DNA of 64,000 bases, from contig OZ024740.1 of the NCBI GenBank assembly GCA_964016885.1, positions 294,004,001 to 294,068,000 of the forward strand. Direction: 5' to 3'. Both the position numbers and the translations under genes were made by a program. This DNA comes from Eledone cirrhosa (lineage: Eukaryota). Shown piece by piece: positions 12,482-25,708 of the stretch. The notes under the pieces are model-generated. The model was given only the letters and a program-made list of their open reading frames with translations, had not been told where the DNA came from and searched no databases. Position 1 is the first letter of the stretch; each line of letters starts with the position of its first letter.

Positions 12482-12856
12482 TCAAGCTAACTGTACATCT
12501 CCACATAGACTTGAAGATGAGTCTTTCTTACAACTTTCACACAATTTGCTCTCTGATGAATGTTCATAAATATTTTCAATGTAAATTACTCTGTTATATG
12601 CTCTCCATCTATGACATAAATTCACATACATTTTACACTGGACATACATGAAAACAAGGCCCCCAGTGAAACCAATGGCTACAACAATAATTTTTGTCCA
12701 AAATGGCCACTCAAGGACACCTCGCCTCATTTCTTCAGTGGTTCGATCAATAAGCACATAGAGAGACCATACAACACATGTTATGGCTACAATATGGAAT
12801 GTCACTGAACAGATAATCTTTCTTTTCTCAACTGAAGTCATCTGTAGTCTCTCCCA
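12482..12856 (-). CDS. MARCH8: MARCH1/8-type E3 ubiquitin ligase, last coding exon (two TM helices and C-tail)
   Basis: [71 protein letters not shown]; acceptor (T)n-gcAG at 12858-12857; TGA at 12484-12482; phase 0. Confidence 0.93.
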   Translation of the reverse strand, partial: WERLQMTSVEKRKIICSVTFHIVAITCVVWSLYVLIDRTTEEMRRGVLEWPFWTKIIVVAIGFTGGLVFMYVQCKMYVNLCHRWRAYNRVIYIENIYEHSSESKLCESCKKDSSSSLCGDVQLA

Positions 12857-14110
12857 CTGCAAAAAGAAAAAAAAATAATAGTAGACAAAAGAAAAAACAA
12901 AAAAAAAAACCCAGAATTTTATATTTAATTTTTCAACTACACTTTACCGAATTTATGAATATTATTATCCAAGGTTGGATAACAAGATGGATAACATCCA
13001 TAAACTCAGTTTCATTTGGGGATCCAGCAGGATCATTTGAAGATGGTTGTTTCTGATAGGACTCTCAGAAAGGCATGTCTGAGAACTCTGTCCACATGAC
13101 AGTAAAGGACCTACTCCTTTAGTGATTTCAGTCATTAGACTATGGCTACACTAGGGTTTAGTTGATTATATCAACCCAGTACATATGTCACCAATCTCTA
13201 TTTTGCAGAACTACTAAGTTATTGGACATAAACAGACAGCACCAGCTGTTAAATGATTTAGATGTAAACAAAAACACATACATACTCACATTATAAACTT
13301 TTGTATAGCTTCTGTCTACCATATTTCACTTATAAGGCATTGATTGACATGAAGCTACAGTAAAAGAAATATCCAAGGTGCAACTTAACTCAAACCATAT
13401 GGTTTGTAAAGCCAACTTCTTAACCATATTGCTATACTACTGTTGTTGTATAGCTCTGACCAATCAGACCTATAATCAAAGGCATTCTATATCCAAACAT
13501 CTTGACTTTTATTCAGACACAGATATCCTTTGTTTTTTTAACATTGCATTATCATATTTTTAATAGAAGATACTGCCTATTGTTTTCAAATAGTTTTGAA
13601 AATAATCAAAGATTTAAAAGAATTATTTATCTGGAAATTAGAGTTGGCTTAACAAAGGTTCTGACATAAAATTATGATAGAAGGTTTCTAGATAAATATA
13701 AACACTTTGAAATAAACAGCTTAATATCATGAAACCAGGGCAGTTTCACGCAGTTTGGCATCAAAAGGTAATTTAACTAACTTTCTTATTATTAATCTGG
13801 TTTTTAAAACATAACTTAATAATGCTCCTTATATAAAACTATGATAGAGGTTTTTTTAGATAAATATAAATAATTGAAAATGAGAGGTTTTTATACCAAA
13901 GAATGCTTATAGTATAATTCTTATGATGTAGCCACCAGTTTTGATTTGAAAAAAACAACACTATTTATTAGTGTTAAAATATATGCAAGTGATTCATAAA
14001 GGTTGGCTTGAATATTTGCACCCTTCAAGTAAGGTGTATAACTGTTGCTCCATTCAGATTTACTTTATAAAAGCGATACTTACAACATGTTTTATTATTC
14101 CTAGATAGCA

Positions 14111-14375
14111 GGAGGCGCATGGCCTAGTGGTAAGGGTGTTAAACTTACAATCATAATGCTGTGGGTTCAATTTCTGGGCTGTGTTGTGTTCTTGAGCAAA
14201 ACACTTGATTTCATGTTACTCTAGTATACTCAGCTGAAAATGAGTTTCAGCAATAGCTGGAGGTTTAACCATGCGATGGACTAGCGTCCTGTCCAGTCTT
14301 GTACTCTCAGTTGCTTCATGCCACGAAACCGGGATAAACACTGGCCTGCTGAGCCTCCAGGCTTGAAACAGACTT
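14111..14375 (+). mobile_element. tRNA-headed SINE with CORE-like domain
   Basis: GGAGGCGCATGGCCTAGTGG A-box, GGTTCAATT B-box, GTGTTCTTGAGCAAAACAC core. Confidence 0.7.
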
Positions 14376-15206
14376 TAGATGCCAGTAATGCTTATTTATA
14401 TACCTTAAGTTTTCACTTGATTTATAGAATGTTATGTATGTATTTGGTTCTAAATTTAGTGACATCTAAGAAGTCTACATTAGTAAGGTTGTCAGCTACA
14501 GTGATATTTAATCCTAAACTATTAAATGTAGCCATGTGATTTTAGCATGTGTCATCATTAGGTGTGACACAGCTAGTCACAGTACAATGTTGGAGTCTGT
14601 GAACTGCCTCTTTAAAACATTCAGTATATACAAGCTGACTAGATTCTATATTTAAGAGGAATCAAATATAGTGTGGAAGAGAAAGGACTGCACATATACA
14701 TGCATGTGATATATATGAAGGATGTAAAGAATTGCAAGGCGTTTTAAGTGGATGGAACTTGTGGAAGAGAGAAACCCAAGAAGACATAGGGCAAAATGGT
14801 GAAAACTGACCTTGAGAAGCTAAACCTCACAAAAGTGATGACAAAGGAATGTTGAGTGATGACAAAGGAATGTTGAGTGGTGACACATAGTTCTAAAGAA
14901 GACCCAGAGACCCATGCTAGCATGGCAAAACAAACATTAAAAAGTTGGTGGTGATAGATATTGGGATGTATAATATATGTACATTTGGGTCTTTCTCTTA
15001 TTAAGTTCCTGTTGAGCCTCCAACTACTGCCTCCTACTTTATGTCATCTGGTATCAGATCTGTTTGTTTCCAATAACCCCCCCCCCCCCACCCTTCTTTG
15101 CTACTAACAAACATCCTTTCACTCACACACCACACTCATTACTCACACATCTCACTCATTACTCACACTCACCACTTACACACTCTTACTATTACCCATC
15201 TTTATT

Positions 15207-15328
15207 GTTAGTTAAACCACTATGTGTAGGTCAATGGTTAGTTAAACTAATGACACTGACATAGTGGTTTAACTAACTACCACTGTGTCATTAGTCTGAC
15301 TAACTACCGACCTAACATAGTGGTTTAA
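15207..15328. repeat. Nested imperfect palindrome in the last intron
   Basis: TTAAACCACTATGT at 15212 is complementary to ACATAGTGGTTTAA at both 15259 and 15315. Confidence 0.75.
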
Positions 15329-15342
15329 ATAACTTTCACAAT

Positions 15343-15864
15343 ATTGGTATTTTATGGTAACAGAAATAGATAATGTTGGTATTGTGTGGTAATAGAAATA
15401 GATAATGTTGGTATTGTGTGGTAATAGATATTGATAATGTTGGTAGTTTGTAGCAATAGAAATAGATAATGTTGGTAGTTTGTAGCAATAGAAATAGATA
15501 ATGTTGGTAGTTTGTAGCAATAGAAATAGATAATGTTGGTATTTTGTGGTAATAGATATTGATAATGTTGGTAGTTTGTAGCAATATAAATTGATAATGT
15601 TGGTATTTTGTAACAATATAAATTGATAATGTTGGTATTTTGTAACAATATAAATTGATAATGTTGGTATTTTGTAGCAATATAAATTGATAATGTTGGT
15701 ATTTTGTAACAATATAAATTGATAATGTTGGTATTTTGTAACAATATAAATTGATAATGTTGGTATTTTGTAACAATATAAATTGATAATGTTGGTATTT
15801 TGTAGCAATATAAATTGATAATGTTGGTATTTTGTAACAATATAAATTGATAATGTTGGTATTT
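15343..15864. repeat. 32-bp minisatellite, about 16 copies
   Basis: AATATAAATTGATAATGTTGGTATTTTGTAAC and variants. Confidence 0.95.
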
Positions 15865-15886
15865 AAAAAAAAAAAGTATTTCTCAC

Positions 15887-16162
15887 CTCTTGGAATGGCT
15901 TTACTTTCGTTGTCATGATGAATTCAAATTTACATAGTTCACATGATTTAGTATCTGCACTTTTAATCCATTTTTGTAGACAAGCTTGGTGCACCCATCG
16001 CAAACTGCCAGAACATATGCATGGCGCTACAAGGGGAGCTTCTGTTTCTCCTTCACAGTGACAAATGCGGCATATGTCCATATTACTTGAGTACTTTGAA
16101 ACATGGGAATCACAACGTTCTGGAGGGAAGATAGGTGTTGAACTGACATGTTGTACTGATTC
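15887..16162 (-). CDS. MARCH8: MARCH1/8-type E3 ligase, RING-CH (C4HC3) exon
   Basis: [53 protein letters not shown]; acceptor ttgcAG at 16164-16163, donor GTGAGA at 15886; 276 nt, phase 0/0; joins KPFQE|WERLQMT. Confidence 0.93.
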
Positions 16163-16875
16163 CTGCAATATAAATGTCATTAATAGAGAATGATATTTTA
16201 CACTGAATGGTTAATTAAAGAGCAATCATAAACTAGCGACCATACAAATGCGACATTTGATATTCGATAGTTATCATTTATTGTCACTGATTATAGCTGG
16301 GAGAAAGTTCAGGGAAGGAGTGAACATAGAAAGATTGTCCATTACAACATAACTATTTGAATGGCATTGACCTACCTGCTAGAAATAGCAGTCAAAGCTT
16401 CCTGAAATTACATCCTACCATCTTAAAAGAAAAAGGAGACATTTAATAATGTCATCCTAGACCAAAGGTTCTCAGCGGGGGGCATATGCACCCCCAGGGG
16501 GCGTTTGGGAGCAAGGGAGCATTGGGGGGGGGGGGGCGTTTGGAGCTTTGGAGTGCACTGGAAGGCTCTTTATTTTGGTAAGTTTTATAAGCCATATTTG
16601 TATGTCTTTGACACTGTGAATGCATTTGAATGAGCGTGCAGACAGCATAACTATGGTCTGACTGCAGGTGTTCAGGCGTGTTTAGACATTAACCGCCAAT
16701 TAAGATCCTAACAATGGAAAAATCCACAGTCAACTGGGTCAAGGACACTTCAACCGCAGCCAGTTAGAATCTTGTCTTTCCTTCACCGATAACAATGTAT
16801 TTCAAGTCTGAAATTATTGACTCAACCGTAACGAGTTAACACTATGTAGATCTATTTTATTTCCTATTGTATAAA

Positions 16876-17155
16876 TCATCATCATCACCGTTTTACGTCC
16901 GTTCTTCCACGCTAGCATGGGTTAGACGGGTTGTCCTGTTGTGGGCAGTGTCTGGTCGGCTGACCATGCCTTGCTCATACAGGAACTGATCTGGCTTGAT
17001 TTCTACAGCTGGATGCCCTTCCTAACACCAACCTCATTTACAGTGAGTGCTGGGTGCTTTTTCGTGGCGCCTACACGTCCACTTTACAGTGTGGGCTGGG
17101 TGCTTTTTTGCCGTGGCACCTCCACGACCACCTTGCGGTGGGGGGAGTGGGGGCA
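16876..17155 (-). mobile_element. RTE/SINE tail module
   Basis: (CAT)n then CCACGCTAGCATGGG..GGATGCCCTTCCTAACACCAACC. Confidence 0.75.
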
Positions 17156-17208
17156 TATTATAATATTACAAATAAAAAAAAATAATAAAAAAACACAGAA
17201 GCGGGTAG

Positions 17209-17638
17209 CACACACATCTAGGGCCACATACAACACATAATCAGATAATACACACATCTAGGACCACATACAACACATAAGCAGGTAATACACACATCTA
17301 GGACCACATACAACACATAAGCAGGTAATACACACATCTAGGACCACATGCAACACATAAGGAGGTAGCACACACATCTAGGACCACATACAACACACAG
17401 GCAAGTAATACATACATTTAGGACCACATACAACACATAAGCAGGTAATACAAACATCTAGGACCACATACAACACATAATCAGGTAATACAAACATCTA
17501 GGACCACATACAACACATAATCAGGTAATACATACATCTAGGACCACATGCAATACATAAGCAGGTAATACGTACATCTAGGACTACCTACAACACACAG
17601 GCAGGTAATACATACATCTAGGACCAAATACAACACAT
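17209..17638. repeat. 40-bp minisatellite, about 11 copies
   Basis: CACACATCTAGGACCACATACAACACATAAGCAGGTAATA. Confidence 0.95.
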
Positions 17639-17639
17639 T

Positions 17640-18693
17640 GCTACAGACGACGCAAGAGCAATGGTCGGCCAACATAAGGGTTTCGTCACTCTCCTGAAGA
17701 GAGAAAATCTATCTGTATTTGTTGTTCATTGTGTCATTCATCGACAACACTTGGCTGTGAAGAAACTCAGCAAGCCACTGAGCAAGTCCTTGCAGGTGGC
17801 CCTTGATGTCATCAATTTTATCAAACGGTATTTCCTCAATGAACGAATTTTCCGGCAACTGTGCCAAAATAATGACAGAGAATTTGTCAAGCTGCTCCTT
17901 CATAATGAAGTGAGGTGGCTTTCAAAGGGCAAGTGCCTTACTCACTTCTCTGAACTGTTCGACTCTATCATTGAGTTTCTGCGAGGACGCAACACAGAAC
18001 TGTACAAGAAAACCCTCGATGTGAGGCAAAACTGCACCTACCTCACCGACATCATCGACAAATGCATTAGCATCATTTTGGCTTTGCAGAGGAAGAAGAT
18101 CATCTTGCTTAAAGCAAGGAATGCTGTGAAAACATTCCTGGCCAAATTGAATGTCATCGAAAGGAATCTTTGTTGACGGGAATTCTATAATTTTCCTAGT
18201 GTCGCCAATGTTCAAAACATTGTAAGCGATGACTAACTCCAAATTTATACCGCTCACCTCCGTGCGCTACAAGACAACATGAGAGAACGGTTTGTCGACC
18301 TTTTGCCGATGAACATCCCAACGTGGGTAGCAGATCCCTTCATAGCTAACGTCGATGATTTGGACGTTATATTTCAGGAAGAATTCACTGAACTTCAAGC
18401 AGATGACATGATCAAAATTAGATTTCCCAAAATAGGTGAACCCCTTTTTTGGATGCAAGAGGAAATTCAGCGTCGATTTCCACACCTACATGCAGAGGCT
18501 AAGAGATTTTGCTCTGACTTTTCCAAGCTCATACTTAGTCACGAGGAGGTTTGGTGCTGTTTCCAGACTGCACAGTAAGGCTCACAACCGCTACAATGTA
18601 ATTACATGTGGAGATCTCCGGCTACATCTTACAAAAATCCAGCCTGACGTCAAAGAGTTAGCTAGACTCCATAAAGTTCAAGGGTCCCATTGA
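17640..18693 (+). pseudogene. Disrupted hAT transposase (Buster/Charlie, ZBED5/8-like); probable left end of the element near 16462
   Basis: TDDARAMVG, HCVIHRQHLA (CxxH), EVRWLSKG, then FPSSYLV.RRFGAV..RYNV..GDLRLHLTKIQPD; stop at 18174-18176 and frameshifts; Charlie-like terminus CAAAGGTTCTCAGC at 16462. Confidence 0.88.
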
Positions 18694-19087
18694 AATGAGG
18701 TCAAAGTTAAAGTAAGTTGATTTATCCGAAAACTTAGATATGCTATTGTTACAAAGCAAACTAACAATTTTTTTTATTTGTAGTTGCAGTCTGACTGGAC
18801 TGGAAACCATCTACTACAATTCACTTACTCATTTGTTGTATATATTTTACCATTTACTAATAAATATACCCTCCCGCATGGTCATGAAAACCCTCTTCCA
18901 TGGTCTCTAAGCTCACAAAGCAGAGGGGACATCAATGACAATGGTGCAAATGTGTTGGCTTGCCTCAAAAATTATTAGAAGAAAACTCTAGTGCCCCTTG
19001 TGACGTGTGATTGAGTGTGCAGATCTCTCACCTTTTTTTACTTCTTTTATTATTTTTCCTCTTTTTTTTTAGCTTGTACTGAATAAT

Positions 19088-19415
19088 GGAGGCACATGGC
19101 TTAGTGGTTAGTGCATTCGCCTTGCAATCGAAAGGTTGTGAGTTCAATTCTCAGACCAGATGATGTGTTGTTTCCTTGAGCAAGAAACTTTATTTCACAT
19201 TGCTCCAGTTTACCCAGCTGTAGAAATGAGATGATAGGACTGGGGTCCATATCATTCCACTGGAAAGTGGTCGTGGAGGTGCCACGGCAAAAAAAGCACC
19301 CAGCACTCACTGTAAATGAGGTTGGTGTTAGGAAGGGCATCCAGCTGTAGAAATCAAGCCAGAATCAGTTCCCATCCCACCCTTGCAAGCAGGGAAAAGC
19401 GGACGTAAAATGATG
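19088..19415 (+). mobile_element. Young tRNA-CORE-RTE-tail SINE
   Basis: A-box TGGCTTAGTGG, B-box GAGTTCAATTC, CORE-like CCTTGAGCAAG, RTE-type tail; near-identical to 22989 and 28044. Confidence 0.85.
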
Positions 19416-20454
19416 AAAAAAAAAAAAAATATCATCACCGTTTAATGTCCAAAGCTGTCTCTTTGTGAGGGATCAAGTCGGGTGACTATGATTCGCTCAC
19501 ACAGAACTGATTTGGCTTGGTTTCTACGGCCCTTCCTAATACCAACCCCATTTACAGTGTGTGCTGGGTGCCTTTTGCCGTGTAGCCTATATATATATTC
19601 GATATATTGATTTCTAATTTAGGCATAAACCAGAATATTTGAGGGAATGGTAAAGTTGATTAAATCAACTGCATTACTTGACTGGTATTCTATTTTATTA
19701 AGTCAAGTATTAACTCTAGTTGACTTCAACAGGATTTGAACTCAGAATGGAAAGAGCCAGAACAAATACTGCAACAGCATTCTCTCTGACACTCTACCTA
19801 TTCTGCCAATCCACCACCCTTATTTAACCTATATATATTGTGGATTTTAGAATGTTTATTTATAAACATACTGTATATCTTTAGATATACGAAATCCACA
19901 CACACATACATATATAATCAGAATTTAAAGGAAGAGAATCAAATTACACTTATTAAATACGTTTATTCATTTACAATCATTTCAAATGCCAAATATTTTA
20001 ATGGTAAGATTTCAAAATAGAACAGGGTGAATCCAAACATTTAACATCAATTCACATACATATATCTATCCATACACTCTCGTCAGAACAAATAAACAAA
20101 GTTCAACAAGAATGTCAGCTTAGAAAATAAACATTACATCACACATCAAGAAGAATAAATTTCATCTATAATACACATTCTAGTATTGAAAATAAAGATA
20201 TTTCTGCTTGCAAAACTGAGATAGAATATATCTGCCATTATATATAATATAAATGTAAACATGATCAATTCAACTTCATTACATTTTGTCTGAAACACTG
20301 AGATGAGGAATAATAATAATAATTATTATATTCTGATTTACTTAAGACTAGTGTCCTTATAATGTTACAGCACCCAAGATATAATTATTTACTGATTTAC
20401 TCAGACTAGAGTCTTCACCTCATAATGTTACAGCACCCAACATATAAATTCTTT

Positions 20455-21335
20455 CAGATGCTGGGAAGGCTCTAAAGAAGTAGTTGATAGCACCTGTTGC
20501 CTAGGTGACCTAATTAGTAGTAGTAAAAGCTGTTTCAAAGGCATAGCAGATAGAGTAAAAACAAACTGGAAAAAGTTCAGGTTGCTGTTATCTCTGCTAA
20601 CAACAAAGGAATTCACTAAAAGAATGGAGGGCAAATAACATGATGCTAATGTACAAAATGTGATATTGCATGGTAATAAAACATGGTCCTTGAATGTGGA
20701 GGATAGAAAGAAATGAGGCAAGCATACTCCACTGGGTGTGTAATGTTACTATGCATTAATGACAGAGCACAAAACGAGCTGATAGGAAAACTGGGTATAG
20801 GAAGAATCATCTGTAATGTGCAAGAGAGGAGATTACACTGATATGAACATATAATCTATATTATAATAAAAGTATAGTCTGTTTGTCTGTCCGTCCCTCC
20901 ATCCGTCAAACTCATTTTATATCGAGAGTGGGAGTGCCAAGCGAGGGATATGTACATAGATAGAGAGAGAAAAGGGAACACTGTGTGTTTTCGAGGTGAC
21001 AGAAAGAGGTAGATAGATAGAAAGTTATGAGATCACCCTCATCTATATATAGAGAGAAAAGGAATGTCATTTGTTTAGAGAGAGAGTGTGTGTGTGTGTG
21101 ACAGAAAGAGAGAGAAGACGTCGCCCTCATCTAGTGCACATAAAAGACGACAGTGCAGTAAATCCAAATTAAATTTCCTGTGAAAGAGGTAGATATAGGA
21201 AGAAGTATTGAAGGTTGATCTTAAGAGATTGAACTTGAAGGAGATTTCAAAGGTTTGTAACAAGTAGTGAGACACTGTGCCATAGAAGAACCACGAAACC
21301 AATATCAGCATGAAAAACAGATGTAAAATCATGAA
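20455..21335 (+). mobile_element. Old RTE LINE 3' fragment split by a Helitron
   Basis: Decayed ..CLGDLISS..NWKKFR..LHGNKTW..LH*YEHIM|HIKDDS. Confidence 0.75.
20855..21134 (+). mobile_element. 280-bp non-autonomous Helitron-like element
   Basis: A|TCTATATTATAATAAAA ... CATCTAG|T, no TSD; removing it restores the RTE ATG codon. Confidence 0.75.
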
Positions 21336-21523
21336 GATATTTTTTTATCTTTATTTTATGGTACAAAAAGCAAAAAAAAAAAAAAAAAAAAAAATGCTAA
21401 ATAGAAATGTTATTGTTGGTTAAGTTAATCCTGATCCAACAGATCTATGATCAAGAAATGTTCCAGTCGTGACCATCCTGTCCTTTTGTATATCAGGGAC
21501 TATATTTTCCAATGTATCTTTAA

Positions 21524-21729
21524 CCCTTTAGCATTCACATTACTCTATATTTACTATTGTATTTTCACAGTAAAGGCTTTATCTCACATAATATTGAATC
21601 TATAATTTTGATATTATTTATTTTGAGAAAAATACCTTACCGTCGGTATGAGTGGCCAGTTACAGCCGGTTTGAACAGAAAGAGGTGAGAAAATTCTGGC
21701 TGGATATGGCTGGGTTAAATGCTAAAGAG
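21524..21729. mobile_element. TTAA MITE family A (opposite orientation)
   Basis: TTAA|CCCTTTAGCATT ... AATGCTAAAGAG|TTAA. Confidence 0.85.
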
Positions 21730-22988
21730 TTAAGATGATAAAGTGTGATTTCAGAAAGATTTAGATGTTACTTCTAGCACAGAGGTTCTAGCAACTTTTA
21801 GCAACTTTTAGCACAGAGGTTCAGTCTACAGTCCAATATGTTTGTAGGCAGGACTATATAGACAAATCTAACATTTTCCTCCATTGACCTTCTCAATCTC
21901 ATTGTGTGTACATTTGGTGGCCAAATAAACAAAACAAACAAAAAATGAATAGAAACTTAGGTTCAGATATATAATCCTGTTTACTTTACCTACAATAAAC
22001 TATGGTATATATAGAAATAATGTATATATGTTATGTATACAGGCATATCTGTGTAGTTAAGAATTTCACCTTGCAATCATGAGTCTATGAACAAACAATC
22101 CTCCTACATCTTAGGTTAGTGACTTATACCGTAGACTTGATTTGACTGAAATTTTGTTAATGAACATTTTTTGGAAGCCTTGGCACACACGCATGTGTGT
22201 GTGTGTGCATGTGCGCATGTGTATTGATGAGGGATGACCAATAAATTAGTGCAATGAACAAAAATACCATGTCATTATTGGTCCGGCAGTATTGATAGAG
22301 CATCGAGCAATATGGTTTGCATCATTTATTTATGGCCTTTTACATTCTGAGTTCAAATCCCTCCAAGGTCAACTTTGCCTTTCTTCCTTCTGGGGTTGAT
22401 AAAATAAAGTACCAGTCAATTATTAGGGTCAATATACCCCCTACCCCCAAAACTAAAAGACCTTATGTCTAAATTTGAAACAATTATTAATCAGAGACTG
22501 AGTTACATCTTTATACACCAATGTGAACTTAGCCATTTGCTATATAGAGTTCAATAAAATAAATACAAGGCAAAACACTGACTAAAACCTTTGAGGTTGG
22601 TCACCCAGCATAGTCTCAGTCTAAAAAATACTGATTTCTAATTTAGGCACAAGGTACAATTTGTGAGAAGGGAAAAATATATGACTTATACTTTATTTTA
22701 ACAACCTTGGAAGAATGAAAAGCAAAGTGACCTAAGCCGGATTTGAACTCAGAACATACAGAACTGTCTAAAAAAATATTGCTACCAGTAAAAAATATAG
22801 AAATATGTTTGTGTGGACTACTTGTTCAAGGCATGTAATCAAATATAATGCAGACTGGTATTTTACTGAACAGTCTTTTGTGAATTCAGAAACCATAAAA
22901 ACAAGTAAAACCACATCCCTCACACTGTCAGACTTATGTATATATATATATGTATTGTATATGGAGGCTTATGTATATATATATATAT

Positions 22989-23319
22989 GGAGGCACATGG
23001 CTTAGTGGTTAGAGCATTGGCCTTGCAATCGAAAGGTTGTGAGTTCAATTCTCAGACCGGATGATGTATTGTTTCCTTGAGCAAGACACTTTATTTCACA
23101 TTGCTCCAGTTTACTCAGCTGTAGAAATGAGATGATAGAACTGGGGTCCATATCATTCCACTGCAAAGTGGTCGTGGAGGTGCCACGGCAAAAAAGCACC
23201 CAGCACTCACTGTAAATGAGGTTGGTGTTAGGAAGGGCATCCAGCTGTAGAAATCAAGCCAGAATCAGTTCCCGTCCCACCCTTGCAAGCAAGGAAAAGC
23301 GGACATAAAATGATGATGA
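22989..23319 (+). mobile_element. Young tRNA-CORE-RTE-tail SINE
   Basis: Near-identical to the 19088 copy; (GAT)n tail. Confidence 0.85.
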
Positions 23320-23944
23320 TACATCTCTGTTCTATCAAAATATTTAATTCTTCCTATAGTTAAAATTTTCAATCGTTATCATCCTCGTTTAATATCAATT
23401 TTTTCTCGCTTGCATGGATTCGACAGTCAGATCAGGTGACATCATGCTCATCATCATCATTTTATGTTCGCTTTTCCTTGCTTGCAAGGGTGGGACGGGT
23501 CCTATTTAGCACAGCATCTCTCCATTTGTGCATGGTCCTTTGTCATCTCCTCCGTGAGCTTCAGCGATCTGAGGTCAGCTCTCACTAGTTCCGCCCATAA
23601 TTTTCGTGGTCTTCCTCGTGGATATGTATTTTGGGTTGGTGTCAATGGCTGGATGCCCTCCCTAACACCAACCACATTACAGAATGGACCAGATACCCTT
23701 TATCATAGCACCAAAATGATCAACTAACTGGGTGGACTGGGTGATTTTTCATTGTCACCAGCAGGACCACCTTACAGGGCAGAATGGTCGCTGTTTGTCA
23801 TGTCCCCAGTACAACCTCCTTACAAAGTGGACTGGGTACTTTCTTTTTATATATCCCGAGCATGATAAATATACAGGATGGGCTAGGAGCCTCTTGTCAT
23901 GTCACCAGCATGACTACCTTACAGAGTCAATTGATTTGGGTTAG

Positions 23945-24885
23945 ATCATGACCATAAGTAAGTGTTGGCATGAATACCAAATTGAAGATAGTGAGTTTAG
24001 CTTTTACGCCTACCTACTTTCTTCTGATTACTGAATGCTGGTGCATTACTGCACCACCTCTTGTAATTCTTTGCATTTAATTCAGCCTCCTGCCTTCCAT
24101 CACTCGTAAACAAGGTCCCAAGATACCTGAACTTCTCTACCTGCTTTAGCGGAACTCCATTTACATGTAGGCTGCACTGCGCAGGCTTCCTTGAGAGGAC
24201 AAGTGTCTCAGTTTTCGCAGCACTGATTTTTATTCCAGCCATGCAGTACTTGGCATCAAACCTATTGAGTGCAAGTTGAAGATCACCTTCTATTGAGTTA
24301 AGTAACACCATGTTGTCTGCAAATTCCAGTCGACTGATTTTACACTCACCAGTCATCATATCACTTCCAACCCAGCTGCAAATATCAATCCTGTTTATGT
24401 AAATAATGAATAAGAAAGGCAACAGTACACACTCGGCAGAGTCCAACTCCCACATTGAATGGCTTCAATTTAGCACCATTTATCCGAACACAAATACTGA
24501 GGCATTCATATAGAGACATCAGGGCAGTAAGAAGCTGACCATCAATCCCATACTCCTGCAGAACCTTCCACAGTAGGTCCCGAGGAATGCAGTCATATGC
24601 TTTTTCAATGTTGACAAAACAATATACTTCTTGGCAATACTCCTATGATCTCAAAGACCTGCCACAGTGTGAATATTTGGTTGGCTGTATTGTCCAGGGC
24701 AAAAACCACACTGTTCATCAGCTAGCTTGGACTTGACAATCTCCCTACATATCTTTGCTTCAGTATTCAGTAATGACCAAAAGAATATGATCGCAAATAC
24801 AAGCGGCCAAAATAAGGTTCCTCTGAAGGGTCACTCCAGATAGAGCTGCTACTTCTTCAAATTGAGAGATCACAGCTCTGATACT
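23945..24885. mobile_element. RTE-type LINE (second family) with inverted 5' segment
   Basis: 23945-24768 reads RT on minus (EQCGF, FADNMVL, QVEKFRYLG, PTLTYGH); 24770-24885 continues on plus (VMTKRI..IQAAK), collinear with the 40058-40780 copy. Confidence 0.8.
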
Positions 24886-25280
24886 ATAGGTCAACAAATG
24901 TCAAACAGAGGGGCTTACTTTTAACTAAGTACTTCTCCTGTAGTTGCTTCACTGGGAAGAGGGCATCAATGGTTCTTTTACCTGGCACAAATCCAAACTG
25001 CATCTCATCTAGGTTAATTTGGCCCCTAATCAGCTGTGCAATAACCCTTTCTGTAACTTTCATGAACTGGTCCATCAACTTAATACCTTGATAGTTTCTC
25101 CTGTCTAGTGGATCTCCTTTGCCCTTGTAGTAGTTGATGATGCTGCTGCTACACCAGCCATTTTGTATTACTTGGTTTACAATACAGGTGTTATGATGTT
25201 CCCTACCAGGACAGATACTTTCAGCATCTCAGTAACTAACCCCTCCCCTCACAATGGTCCAGCTGCTTTTCCAGTTTTCC
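24886..25280 (-). mobile_element. RTE RT fragment (same family as 61500-64000)
   Basis: MKVTERVIAQLIRGQINLDEMQFGFVPGK..QLQEKYL..FVDL. Confidence 0.85.
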
Positions 25281-25708
25281 CTGAAACAATATCTGTATTT
25301 AATTTCAATTCAAATCTTTATGATTAATTTGAAAGTGATAGACAGACAGGCAAACAGACAGATAGATAAAAAGCTAGACAAACAGGCAGAGAGCCAGATA
25401 GACAGACATATAGATAAATAGCTAGACAAATAGGCAGAGAGCCAGCCAGACAGACAGACAGACAAATAGCTAGACAAACAAGCAGAGAGTCAGACAAACA
25501 GACAGATCTCCACTCAGATATTTTATTTATCTGTAATAAATGGTACAAAAATGTATACAATTAAATAAACAGATACAATTAAATACTGGTAATTAACACA
25601 ACAGAAAAGTGATAGTGATAGTCAAAACAAATACCTGCTTTCACAAAAATAAGGCATTAAAAGACAATGTTCTTAGCCTAAGCAGCCTTACACAACTTTT
25701 CTGTTTAA

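Noticed and set aside
17640-18693. Domesticated ZBED/Buster-type gene
   Set aside because: Stops, frameshifts and missing N-terminus indicate a dead transposase
19088-19160. tRNA-like sequences (also 14111, 22989, 28316, 52115)
   Set aside because: Acceptor and anticodon stems do not pair and the sequence runs into a SINE body
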